NCBI GenBank assembly: GCA_964592745.1
Contig: CAZQFL010000001.1
Location: 12,400 to 76,399 of the forward strand
Reading direction: 5' to 3'
DNA length: 64,000 nucleotides
Origin: an uncultured Desulfurococcaceae archaeon
GTDB taxonomy: Archaea > Thermoproteota > Thermoprotei_A > Sulfolobales > NBVN01
A program made the position numbers and the translations under genes. The notes under the pieces were generated by a model. The model worked only from the letters and a program-made list of their open reading frames with translations, was not told the DNA's origin and did not search any database. Below, piece by piece: positions 28,222 through 37,756 of the stretch; position 1 is the first letter of the stretch, and each line of letters starts with the position of its first letter.

Positions 28222-28686
28222 TTATGTGAATAGGTCATACCTTTTATGCCTCTTAAGAATTATCATAGTATTAGTCTTCTTTATACCAGGTATTTCAAAC
28301 ATGTCTGTAGTTAAAAATTCTCTTAAGTCAATAATATCCCTAGCGATAACCTCAACTAATAGGTCAAAGTCACCTGTTACCTCATACAGACTTAAAACTC
28401 TTTTATTCATTAATAATGTTTTTATTATTTCATCTCTAAACCTAGGCTCAATCCTAACACCTGTTAACGCATGTATACCGTAACCAAGTTTATTGAAGTC
28501 TAATTCAGCGTGAAAACCCGTTATTATTCCATGGCGTATTAATTTAGAAAGTCTATTCCTGACGGCCGTTATACTTATGCCTGTAATATCGGATAACTCG
28601 GCTAGGTGTTTACGCGCATCCCTATATAATAACTTTATTATCATTAAGTCTTTATCATCAATCTTTATCTTCTTCACGATTCCCAT
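28222..28686 (-). CDS. lrp: Lrp/AsnC family transcriptional regulator (full length)
   Basis: N-terminal HTH (DDKDLMIIKLLYRDARKHLAELSDITGISITAVRNRLSKL) plus a RAM domain. Confidence 0.9.
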   Translation of the reverse strand: MGIVKKIKIDDKDLMIIKLLYRDARKHLAELSDITGISITAVRNRLSKLIRHGIITGFHAELDFNKLGYGIHALTGVRIEPRFRDEIIKTLLMNKRVLSLYEVTGDFDLLVEVIARDIIDLREFLTTDMFEIPGIKKTNTMIILKRHKRYDLFT

Positions 28687-28870
28687 AATATTCTTGAGCT
28701 AATACTTAAAAGTCTTGATGACTGTTAAAAAGATGAATAGTGACTAAAATAGTCTCTTTAATAGTTTATAAAAGTATTTAAATCTAGTAAAGAGTGTGTT
28801 CTTGATATTTAATTAAATATTTTCTAGGAAAGATTAAATCTCATACCAATATTACTCAAAGGGGTAGTTT

Positions 28871-30817
28871 TTGTTAAGGGTAAAGGTACTTCATGTTAAT
28901 GTATCTACATGCAAGTATGAAGTAAAAGAGTATGGAAATGTCTTGGGTCCTTTAGATTTAGGTATTGAGTTACACCTCAATTACTACAAGAGTTATGGCT
29001 ATGAGGTTTTCAATCCTAATAACGTAGTAGTTCTTGGTAAAGGACCATTTGTAGGTGGTGGTCTCTTTGGTGCTCATAGACTTGTGTTTGTATTTCGAAG
29101 TCCCGTGACTAAAGGATTATACGCTAGCACTCTTGGTGGTGCTGCTTACGCATTTATGGGTGTTGGTGTCGATGCTTTAGTTATTGAAGGTAAATCAGAA
29201 CATCCATTAATTATATTTCTTAAAAGTTCTAATGATGGTGAAATAAGCGTTAGATTTGAAGTAGTTGATAAGATTCATGACATTTACCATAATTATGATG
29301 GCTTTAAGGGTGTGAGAGCGTTAGTTCGTTATATATTAAGTAATTATTGGAACTTTATTAAGGATGCCAAAGCCAGAATTGCAGCTGTAGGACCGGCTTC
29401 ATTTAATTCAGTCTTCGGTGCTATATATTCACCAGTAATAGATTACGTTACTCGTAAGATCTTAGTAGAAGATTGGGCAGCTAGAGGAGGCCCAGGCTCA
29501 GTACTAGCTCAAGCGCACAATGTGGCGGCCATAGTCTTTGGAGGAGATAACTACAAGCTAATACCTAAAATATTAAGGAGGTTTGATTCCGTAAGCGGTA
29601 TCGTAACTGCAATTCTTGGGGAGTCTTACGTAAAGAAGGTAATAGAGACTACGAGTAAGTATAGTTACGACCTAGACGTAAGGAGTGGAGGAACCTTTGG
29701 TAGTAATTATAAGATCTATAAAGAGAAGGTTCCATACTTTAACTGGAGGACATTAGAATTATCAAGTAATCTACGTAGGAAGATATATGATATCATAATC
29801 AATTACCTATGGAAACCATTTAACGAGAAGGTCATTAGTAGTGGCATTTGGCATACATGCGGTGAACCATGCATAGTTAAGTGTAAAAAGGTTGATGAAA
29901 GAGGTAGAAAGATAGATTATGAACCATATAATGGCTTAGGACCTCAATTAGGTATATTTAACTTTGATGATGTTAGTGATGTAGTTGATCTAGCAGATAC
30001 TTATGGCTACGACGCTATAGAACTTGGTAATATCTTAGCATTCTTATTTGAAGCGTTAAGTAAAAACTTATTAAGACCCGATGAGTTAGGTCTAGACGGT
30101 AAACCTCATTACGATCCTGAGACATATAATCCTAAATATTCATCTCGAAATGCATTAGTAGCCATAAAGATTATAGAGAATATGACTTTAGGTAAGAGTG
30201 ATACATTAAAAGTTATAGCTAGGGAAGGTCTCAGAACTGCATTAAAGAAGTTGAGTAAGTCGCTTGAAGAGAGAACTAAGAAAGTAGGTTTGAAGTTTGA
30301 GGATATAGCTGTCTACGTACCTTACGGCGATTACGGATACATAACACCTAACTATTATATATCACCAGGTGTTCTAGCTCCATTAGCTGTACTTGGGAGA
30401 TACTGGACACTTTACTCATTGGCTTTCATGGACCCTGAAGAGTATGCTGCAGCAGCATTAGATAGAGCATTAAAGGAGTATTTACTAGATAATGCAGGGT
30501 TATGTAGGTTTTATCGTAGGTGGGTTGAAAAGCACCTTCAAGATCTTTATAAAATTGTTTATGGTGTTGAGGTTGATTTAATGAAACATGCCAAGGAGTA
30601 CTATAAGAAGGTTATAGAATACCAGGCAAAATCCAACGCTCTTCCAAGATTTTGGGAGAGCACTAAAGTAATTAAGCTATTAGAGAGCATGGCTTGCGAG
30701 TATGGTTCAAAAGAGTGGTGTGAGAAATTTAAGAAGTCACCTAAGGATGCAGCTTTAGAATGGTGGTCAAGATTTGTTAGGTATTTAAGTAGTAATCTTG
30801 GTGTGAAATTTACTTAG
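28871..30817 (+). CDS. divergent aldehyde:ferredoxin oxidoreductase family protein
   Basis: 648 aa. AOR-like N-terminus (LRVKVLHVNVS...), CGEPCIVKC, DNAGLCRF motif. TTG start after AGGGGT. Confidence 0.8.
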   Translation: MLRVKVLHVNVSTCKYEVKEYGNVLGPLDLGIELHLNYYKSYGYEVFNPNNVVVLGKGPFVGGGLFGAHRLVFVFRSPVTKGLYASTLGGAAYAFMGVGVDALVIEGKSEHPLIIFLKSSNDGEISVRFEVVDKIHDIYHNYDGFKGVRALVRYILSNYWNFIKDAKARIAAVGPASFNSVFGAIYSPVIDYVTRKILVEDWAARGGPGSVLAQAHNVAAIVFGGDNYKLIPKILRRFDSVSGIVTAILGESYVKKVIETTSKYSYDLDVRSGGTFGSNYKIYKEKVPYFNWRTLELSSNLRRKIYDIIINYLWKPFNEKVISSGIWHTCGEPCIVKCKKVDERGRKIDYEPYNGLGPQLGIFNFDDVSDVVDLADTYGYDAIELGNILAFLFEALSKNLLRPDELGLDGKPHYDPETYNPKYSSRNALVAIKIIENMTLGKSDTLKVIAREGLRTALKKLSKSLEERTKKVGLKFEDIAVYVPYGDYGYITPNYYISPGVLAPLAVLGRYWTLYSLAFMDPEEYAAAALDRALKEYLLDNAGLCRFYRRWVEKHLQDLYKIVYGVEVDLMKHAKEYYKKVIEYQAKSNALPRFWESTKVIKLLESMACEYGSKEWCEKFKKSPKDAALEWWSRFVRYLSSNLGVKFT

Positions 30818-30829
30818 TTAGGTGAGATC

Positions 30830-31558
30830 ATGGTTTTACCAATTAAGGTTCTAGGTATATCGGCAAGTATAAGGCATGGAAATAGTGAGTACTTGTTAAG
30901 AATAGCTCTAGAATCAGCGAAAAATGTAGCTCCTAACTTAGTAAGTACTGAAATGTACTCTATGGCTGGCAAGATAATAAGTCCATGCATTCACTGCCTA
31001 GCGTGTATTGATCATAGGAAGTGTATTCTACAGGATGATTTTGATGAATTAATGAATAAGTGGTTAGAGGCTGACGCAATAATATATTCAGTCCCAGTAT
31101 TCCATTTAGGACTACCAGCACACTTTAAGGCATTTATTGATAGATTAGGTCAGACTTTATTTGCTATGTACCAGGAAAGACCACCTAGGTTCATGAAGGT
31201 TATCGGCGTCATATCTCAGGGTACAGATTTGGGTGGAGGTGAGGAATTAACAGCTATTCAAATAATATCCCATGCTTTAGTTATGGGCAATATCCCGATA
31301 GCTGGTGATGCACCTGAATCCTATATCGCCGCTATTGGGTGGACTAAGAGATCACCTCTACCTGATGCAGTAGATAGATTAAGGAATGAGGGCGACTATG
31401 ATGCTAACGTACTAATAAAGGCTGCAGAATCATTGGGACGTAGAGTGGCTTATTTAGCATTAATAATTAAGAATGGTGCATACGTACTTAAAGATTTATT
31501 AGCAAATGATCCTGGCTATGGTTGGTACTTAGATAAGATAAAGAGTATGAAGGGATGA
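30830..31558 (+). CDS. NADPH-dependent FMN reductase / iron-sulfur flavoprotein-like
   Basis: Flavodoxin-like start VLGISASIRHGNSE plus Cys motif CIHCLACIDHRKC. Confidence 0.75.
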   Translation: MVLPIKVLGISASIRHGNSEYLLRIALESAKNVAPNLVSTEMYSMAGKIISPCIHCLACIDHRKCILQDDFDELMNKWLEADAIIYSVPVFHLGLPAHFKAFIDRLGQTLFAMYQERPPRFMKVIGVISQGTDLGGGEELTAIQIISHALVMGNIPIAGDAPESYIAAIGWTKRSPLPDAVDRLRNEGDYDANVLIKAAESLGRRVAYLALIIKNGAYVLKDLLANDPGYGWYLDKIKSMKG

Positions 31559-31564
31559 TGAAAT

Positions 31565-32461
31565 ATGAAGTTAGACATTCATGGTGTTATAGTTGCGGTA
31601 TTAACGCCTTTTACTGAAGGAGGGAGGATTGATGAGAAAGCATTCATTAACCATGTTGATTATCTAATTAAGGAAGGTATTAATGGGATTTTCATAGCTG
31701 GAACTACGGGATTAGGCCCAGCATTAAGCATTGATGAGAAGAAGAGGTTAATTGACTTATCAAGTCAATTCTTAGGTAAAGGAGTTCACGTAATAGCACA
31801 CATTACTAGCCTAGCTATTAAGGAATCTATTGACTTAGCTAAGTATGCTTCAAGAAGGGAGTTAACGGCAGTATCCATTACTTCACCTTACTTCTACAAA
31901 GATGTCGATGAAACGAGCATCTATGAATTTATCAAGAATATAGCTAAGGAGAGCTCCATTCCTGTCTTTATATACAATCAGCCAAGATATACAGGTATAA
32001 ACATAGGTGTAGACTTGATTCGTAAATTAAGAGAAAAATTAAACAATATCATCGGTATTAAGGATAGCAGTGGTAACATAATCCATACGCTTGAATTTGT
32101 TCAGGCATTAGGTAATGAATTGACCATACTTACAGGTAGTGATGCACTATTTTACCCGTCATTAACCATCGGCGCTAAAGGTATAGTTTCAGCACTAGCT
32201 AACATAATACCGAGAAAGTTTGTTGAACTATACAAGAAGTACTTAGAAGGCAATTATAGGGAAGCTCTAGAAATTCAGAAATACATAATTAAAGTGAGAA
32301 GCATATTAAGAAAGTATTCACAATTATCAGCATATTATGAAGCTGCAAGACTATTAGGTCTTAATGTAGGGTATCCGAGATTACCTATCAGGAGGTTAAG
32401 TCACGATGAATTAGAGAGATTAAGGGTCGAGCTTAAGAAGGTGGGTATCGTAAAAACCTAA
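31565..32461 (+). CDS. kdgA: 2-keto-3-deoxy-(phospho)gluconate aldolase-like (DHDPS/NAL family)
   Basis: AGTTGLGPALS, GIKDSSGNIIHTLEF (Schiff-base Lys) and GYPRLPIRRL resemble, from memory, Sulfolobus KdgA motifs. Confidence 0.75.
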   Translation: MKLDIHGVIVAVLTPFTEGGRIDEKAFINHVDYLIKEGINGIFIAGTTGLGPALSIDEKKRLIDLSSQFLGKGVHVIAHITSLAIKESIDLAKYASRRELTAVSITSPYFYKDVDETSIYEFIKNIAKESSIPVFIYNQPRYTGINIGVDLIRKLREKLNNIIGIKDSSGNIIHTLEFVQALGNELTILTGSDALFYPSLTIGAKGIVSALANIIPRKFVELYKKYLEGNYREALEIQKYIIKVRSILRKYSQLSAYYEAARLLGLNVGYPRLPIRRLSHDELERLRVELKKVGIVKT

Positions 32462-32478
32462 TTAGCGAGTAATACCAG

Positions 32479-32952
32479 CTAAGTTAATATTTTTTCACCT
32501 ATCCTGTAGGGGGCTCCCTTAAAGCAAGTAACTGGTGTTTTATCATTATTCCTATAAGCGATTACTGGATCACAAACTACTAAGTAATGATCACCTATGA
32601 TGTGATACTTCATTAACCTACACTCAATGATTATTGGAGCATCAGGTAGTATTAAAGCTTTTATCTTACGTGCTTGAGTTGCTCTTAAACCATACTTTTC
32701 CTTAACTACTTGAAATTTATCAACTCTCCTACTACTTAACGCACCAAACACCTTCAGCGCTGGTTGAACTAAATCCTCAGAGACTAGGTGTATAGCAAAT
32801 TCCTTATACTTTAATATTAACTCTAAAGTTCTCCACTTATTATATATAGCTACTCCTAAATATGTCGGCTTCCAGGATACTTGAGTTACCCAGCATGCAG
32901 TCATCCCTGCTTTTTCATTGCCTATCCCTACAGTAATTATTACCAGTGGCAT
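32479..32952 (-). CDS. flavin reductase-like FMN-binding split-barrel protein
   Basis: AGMTACWVTQVSWKPTYLGVAI pattern. 157 aa. Confidence 0.7.
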   Translation of the reverse strand: MPLVIITVGIGNEKAGMTACWVTQVSWKPTYLGVAIYNKWRTLELILKYKEFAIHLVSEDLVQPALKVFGALSSRRVDKFQVVKEKYGLRATQARKIKALILPDAPIIIECRLMKYHIIGDHYLVVCDPVIAYRNNDKTPVTCFKGAPYRIGEKILT

Positions 32953-33004
32953 ACTGAATTCAAGTAAAGCTTCGTTTGGTGATATTTCATGCTTAGATAT
33001 TATC

Positions 33005-34171
33005 TCACCTCCTTAATCTTCTTAGGTAATTGACTATTTTATTAACACCTTTAATTAGCTTATCTAGTGATGTAGCAAAGGATATTCTTATATAACCTTC
33101 ACCACTAGGTCCAAAGGCTATACCAGGAGCTACGGCTACATGCTCTTCTCTCAGCAATTTAATGGCAAACTTCATTGAATCTCTTACATACCTTGACACG
33201 TTAAGGAAGAGATAGAACGTTGCCTGAGGCTTAACGAATGTTATTCCTTCAACATTACTTAAAATACTCAAAACTGCATCACGTCTTCTCTGATACTCCT
33301 TAACCATATACTCAACTACATCTTGAGGTCCCTTTAAAGCATCTATTGCCGCCCTCTGAAAAGCTGCTGGTGCACACGCAGCAACACCTTCTTGCAGTCT
33401 TACTAACGTCCTTATCAATTCCTCATTTTTCGATAATACGAAACCTATCCTCCAACCAGTCATGGCGTAAGTCTTAGATAAGCTATTTACTACGACGATG
33501 TTGTCATAGCTTAATTCACATAAACTATGGAACTTAATACCATCAAATACTATTCTCTCATACACCTCATCAGACACAATAACAACATTATTATCTAGTG
33601 CTACCTTAGTAAGCTCCTTTAATCTGTTAAGAGGAGTCAGAGATCCTGTAGGATTATGCGGATTATTAATTACTATAACCTTAGTCTTCTTACTCATCTT
33701 ACTTATTACTTCATCAACATTTATAATGAAGCCTTCATGCTCATATAATCTATATCTTTTGGCATCACCCCTAGCCGCTTTTACCATTGGTATGTAGGAC
33801 GGGTAACCTGGATCAGGGATTAGGACTTCATCCCCTGGATTGAGTAAAGCTAGAAGTGTTAAGAATAACGCCTCAGTACTACCTAATGTAATCATGACAT
33901 TTCTCTCTGGATCAAAGTTAACACCGTACATGCTTCTATAATAGTCCGTAATAGCTTGCCTTAACTCAAGAAGTCCTGCATTATGGGTATAGTGTGTATA
34001 TCCTTCATTTAATGCTTTATAAGCAGCATCTATTATGTGCTTAGGAGTATTAAAGTCAGGATCACCTATCTCTAAATGTATTACGTCAGTATACTTAAGT
34101 GCTTCATGGTATACTACCCTTATACCTGACTGAGGTATATTAGCTACCCAATCGGAAATTATAGTCCTCAT
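33005..34171 (-). CDS. aspartate/aromatic aminotransferase (class I/II)
   Basis: NNPHNPTG and SLSKTYAMTGWRIGF (PLP lysine). Confidence 0.85.
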   Translation of the reverse strand: MRTIISDWVANIPQSGIRVVYHEALKYTDVIHLEIGDPDFNTPKHIIDAAYKALNEGYTHYTHNAGLLELRQAITDYYRSMYGVNFDPERNVMITLGSTEALFLTLLALLNPGDEVLIPDPGYPSYIPMVKAARGDAKRYRLYEHEGFIINVDEVISKMSKKTKVIVINNPHNPTGSLTPLNRLKELTKVALDNNVVIVSDEVYERIVFDGIKFHSLCELSYDNIVVVNSLSKTYAMTGWRIGFVLSKNEELIRTLVRLQEGVAACAPAAFQRAAIDALKGPQDVVEYMVKEYQRRRDAVLSILSNVEGITFVKPQATFYLFLNVSRYVRDSMKFAIKLLREEHVAVAPGIAFGPSGEGYIRISFATSLDKLIKGVNKIVNYLRRLRR

Positions 34172-34480
34172 TGATCATAACCCGTTCAATTATCTTCAAT
34201 GATAACTCGTGATGATTAATTTAAATATTCTGTTAAACTCTTAACTAAAGTCCTACACCGTACTAAGCAAGTAATTAATTGTGATTTATCAAAAAGTAAC
34301 TTTAGCTATGACTTAAGCATTTAAGAAATGAACTTAGTGGGCTTCATAAGTTCTTTGCATAAGTTTAAAAAAGTGATGAGGAAGGTATGTATGGTTCCTT
34401 CATGGTAAAGATTAAGATGTTAACAGAATTGTTATTAGCATATCCAATGTAGATAGTTTTGAGTTGTAGGTGTCGATACC

Positions 34481-35764
34481 ATGGCCTCTTCTTCAGCCAA
34501 AGAAAAAGGATTTCTATATGACTGGGAACTAGAACGAGTACCACCACACATGACAAGACCCTGGTGGGACATAGCATTCGTTCAGATAGGTCTATTCCTC
34601 TCAGGATTCATGATAATGACTGGAGGCTTACTTGCTGGATGCGGATGGCCGTGGTATGACGTTCTGGCATGGCTAATAATAGGTAACCTAGTCATCCTAG
34701 CCCTATACATACTATCAGGGCATGTAGGCGTTAAGGAGAGAGTCCCTCTATCATTCATTGCTGAGAAGTTCTTTGGTAAGTGGGGGGCTAAGGTCTTCAA
34801 TTTCCTAGTGTTAGCAGGAGCTCTAGCTTGGGGCGCTTTGGGCATTCACATGCTCGCATTAGCTATAACGGACCTCACAGGTATAAGTATCTACATTACA
34901 GCTTGGGTAGCAGCCATATTTGTATGGCTTTCATCAGTAGCAGGCTATAAATCTATATCAATACTCTCGAAGGTAGTAATTCCGTGGTTCATGGTGTTAC
35001 TATTGATTGCTATGATATATTACGGATTCCAACTTAACTGGCAGGCTTGGGGATTCAAAGCAAAGTATGGTGGCGTCTTCAACACTTTTTGGGATGGAGT
35101 TACGTTCGTGGTAGGACTCAATATTATGGCATCATTCTTGCAACCCAACTCGGCAAGGTACGCGAAATCAACTAAGGACTTTGTAAAAGCCTCTACGCTA
35201 TCTATATTCTACGGAATGATATTAATGACATTTCTCGCAGAGACTCTTGCTGCTTATGCATTAAAACCAGAAGAGCCTTTCGCTGATCCCTTCGTTATAG
35301 GTATGCGAACTATGGGAGTGGTTGGTGCTGTCCTTGTCTGGTTATTAATATGGACAACAGCTGATAATGACTTCTGGCACATTTCCTTAAGTGCTGTTCA
35401 GATATATCCCAGAATTAAGAGATGGATTTATGATACAGCATTAGTTGTTGCTAGCGTAATCATTATATACTCAGGCATACTTTACAGATACGTTGATTTC
35501 GCTACATGGTTAGCAATTATATGGCCAGCAATTCCAGGGATACTTATTGCTCATTACTACATCGTGCCTAGGTTAGGAGTTGATGTAGACATACTAGCTA
35601 AGAAAGGTATAAAGATTAACTGGCTAGGATTCATAGCATGGGCAATAGGTATAGTGGTTGCCTACATGATGAGAAATGCAGCATTACCATTCCCTGAGCT
35701 AGGTGCCTTAGTGGCTGCCCTAATATTCTATTCATTACTAATGTTAATTTATAGAGGTAAATAA
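34481..35764 (+). CDS. NCS1-family (cytosine/purine/hydantoin-type) permease
   Basis: 427 aa, about 12 TM helices, CodB-like sequence pattern. Confidence 0.75.
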   Translation: MASSSAKEKGFLYDWELERVPPHMTRPWWDIAFVQIGLFLSGFMIMTGGLLAGCGWPWYDVLAWLIIGNLVILALYILSGHVGVKERVPLSFIAEKFFGKWGAKVFNFLVLAGALAWGALGIHMLALAITDLTGISIYITAWVAAIFVWLSSVAGYKSISILSKVVIPWFMVLLLIAMIYYGFQLNWQAWGFKAKYGGVFNTFWDGVTFVVGLNIMASFLQPNSARYAKSTKDFVKASTLSIFYGMILMTFLAETLAAYALKPEEPFADPFVIGMRTMGVVGAVLVWLLIWTTADNDFWHISLSAVQIYPRIKRWIYDTALVVASVIIIYSGILYRYVDFATWLAIIWPAIPGILIAHYYIVPRLGVDVDILAKKGIKINWLGFIAWAIGIVVAYMMRNAALPFPELGALVAALIFYSLLMLIYRGK

Positions 35765-35781
35765 ATATAAGGTGATTCCAC

Positions 35782-36036
35782 ATGGGTGGGAGGAAAGAAA
35801 AAATAAAGAAAATAAGATATACAGGTATAGCATTGATGATTATAGGTGCGATAATAGGTTCACTAATATTCACTACATCACCTATGTCTTCAGCGTTTAT
35901 GATGTATTTTGGTATAGGAACTTTAATATTTATAATAGGCTCCCTATTATTCATGGCATACGAAGTATTCGTTCCTGAATTCTGGAGGGGAGAGTGGGCT
36001 CCAGGGCCAGGTCATGAATACCCGCCTGACGACTAA
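35782..36036 (+). CDS. small two-TM membrane protein
   Basis: 84 aa with two hydrophobic helices, directly after the permease. Preferred over the overlapping 35772..35978 ORF. Confidence 0.45.
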   Translation: MGGRKEKIKKIRYTGIALMIIGAIIGSLIFTTSPMSSAFMMYFGIGTLIFIIGSLLFMAYEVFVPEFWRGEWAPGPGHEYPPDD

Positions 36037-36074
36037 TAACAATTATAATAAATTTTATTTTTACAAGTATTTTA

Positions 36075-37478
36075 TTAAGCTTTCCCCTCAAAAAGTACTT
36101 CTAAATTCATAAGCTTAGCTAAATACATTAGTTCCTTAGTCCAATCACCATAAACAAGAACCCTATGCAGAGGGGCTTCATACTCCCATAACATACTCTC
36201 TATATTATCAGCATATGTTTTTGCTTTTGTTCTACATCCGATTTTTATGATTGGTGAGTCAATTATCTTAGTTTTCCTCATAATGAGCTTTTTGAAATCC
36301 CATGATATCTGAGCTATAGTAACTTCTTGGCCAACCTTAAATTTTGTTCTTACAGTAACTGGTTTCCCGGTTTCATCGTGGATATCAAGGGCATAAGGTT
36401 CCCCTTCAACCTTAAATCCGGCCATTCTGGTCGGTGCAGTACAGTGAGCATAGATTACCGATTTATCTTTAAAGTCAAACACAGGATCCGTTATCCACGC
36501 AGGCCTATTTGCAAGATGTTTGAATATTATTTGAAGTATAAGTGAATTTAAATCAGCTTCACAGGCTGCTGGTATACCTTCATCGTTGAGCAACGTTATA
36601 GTGACACACGGAGTAACAGGTAAGGCGTCAAGATCATCCATCATAATGGTGAAGTCATTAATTGCTATTGCATTCGCGTTTCTCTCTTCAATTAACTTCT
36701 TTGAGGCTAAGTAAAGTTTAGCCGCCTTTACTAAGTCATCGTTACGTATATTATCATTAACCCAATAAGCATTTTTCCTTAACGTCTCAGCTATTAACCT
36801 AGCTTCCTTATCTTTTACTTCATTGTATTTCTTGATTAATTCTTTATAATCTACGAATTCAAGTCTCAGTAACTCCCTGATTCTCTTAAAGTAGTATTCA
36901 TTATATATTCTATCACCTACATAAATATCTGAAGTGTGGAGATTTTCGAGTGACATCTCTTTAGGTGTTGATATAACTAACACTTTAGTTCTTCTTAGTT
37001 GAATGTATGAATGCAGAACATTTAAAGCCCTTAGTAAATCGTCTTCGCTACTTGATGCCACAGCTATTATAGATTTCCTTTTCCTCATCAATGTGGATAT
37101 TTCAGGCCAAGCCAAACTATGATAAGGCTCTGTAAATATTATAGTTGGTTTGTTAATCTCCCTAATTGTGTTTAGAAATAATTTGTAGTTAAGACTGGTT
37201 GTTAATATATAAACGAGCATTCCATCAAACTTGTCTAAATTATTTCTCACTTCCTCAAGGTCCTTTTCATTCTTAATCCATTTCTTTAAAGTAAATATGA
37301 CTTTATTATTAAGTTCCTTGGACCATTTATTAGACTTCTCAATTAACTCATATATCTTTTCTTGAGGGTCAAAATCATAATGGGGCCAGGCTAAGAGGGG
37401 CTTACCTACCTCCTTCTCTCGTGCAAAGAAGAGTAAGGCAATCTTTGTTTGCGAATTTAAGTTGGAATTTGGACTCAT
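36075..37478 (-). CDS. hypothetical protein, possibly L-fucose/L-arabinose isomerase-like
   Basis: 467 aa. The C-terminal segment (AHCTAP...HRVLVYGDWTKELMYLAKLMNLEV) is reminiscent of sugar isomerase C-domains. The functional call is weak. Confidence 0.4.
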   Translation of the reverse strand: MSPNSNLNSQTKIALLFFAREKEVGKPLLAWPHYDFDPQEKIYELIEKSNKWSKELNNKVIFTLKKWIKNEKDLEEVRNNLDKFDGMLVYILTTSLNYKLFLNTIREINKPTIIFTEPYHSLAWPEISTLMRKRKSIIAVASSSEDDLLRALNVLHSYIQLRRTKVLVISTPKEMSLENLHTSDIYVGDRIYNEYYFKRIRELLRLEFVDYKELIKKYNEVKDKEARLIAETLRKNAYWVNDNIRNDDLVKAAKLYLASKKLIEERNANAIAINDFTIMMDDLDALPVTPCVTITLLNDEGIPAACEADLNSLILQIIFKHLANRPAWITDPVFDFKDKSVIYAHCTAPTRMAGFKVEGEPYALDIHDETGKPVTVRTKFKVGQEVTIAQISWDFKKLIMRKTKIIDSPIIKIGCRTKAKTYADNIESMLWEYEAPLHRVLVYGDWTKELMYLAKLMNLEVLFEGKA

Positions 37479-37756
37479 ACCTCCACCATAATCGCTAAGC
37501 CATACGTATTTTAAAGATTTATATTTAAGAATTGAAGTCTTAACTTTAATTAAGTAATGTAGAATGATTATTTCAGCTATTTAGATATAGTATTAGTTAT
37601 GGTGAGGAACATTCATTTTGAGGACCAATTATTTAATGGGTTAAAATATTTAATAGATCTAAACAACTAAGTATACTAGAGCATGAAGTATTGTTATGTA
37701 ATCCTTTAATAATACCCTTATAATGAGGTCATGATCTTGAGTAGCGGGGAAGACTT

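Noticed and set aside
28711-28754. Two small inverted repeats, AGTC-n5-GACT (28711-28723) and GACT-n5-AGTC (28742-28754), 31 bp apart in the lrp/AOR divergent promoter region.
   Set aside because: They are attractive as Lrp operators, but the arms are only 4 bp. That is expected by chance in AT-rich DNA, and the sequence alone does not support the call.
34365-34845. Minus-strand ORFs 34365..34577 and 34582..34845.
   Set aside because: They overlap the promoter and 5' end of the NCS1 permease gene, and their products are compositionally odd. They are shadow ORFs.
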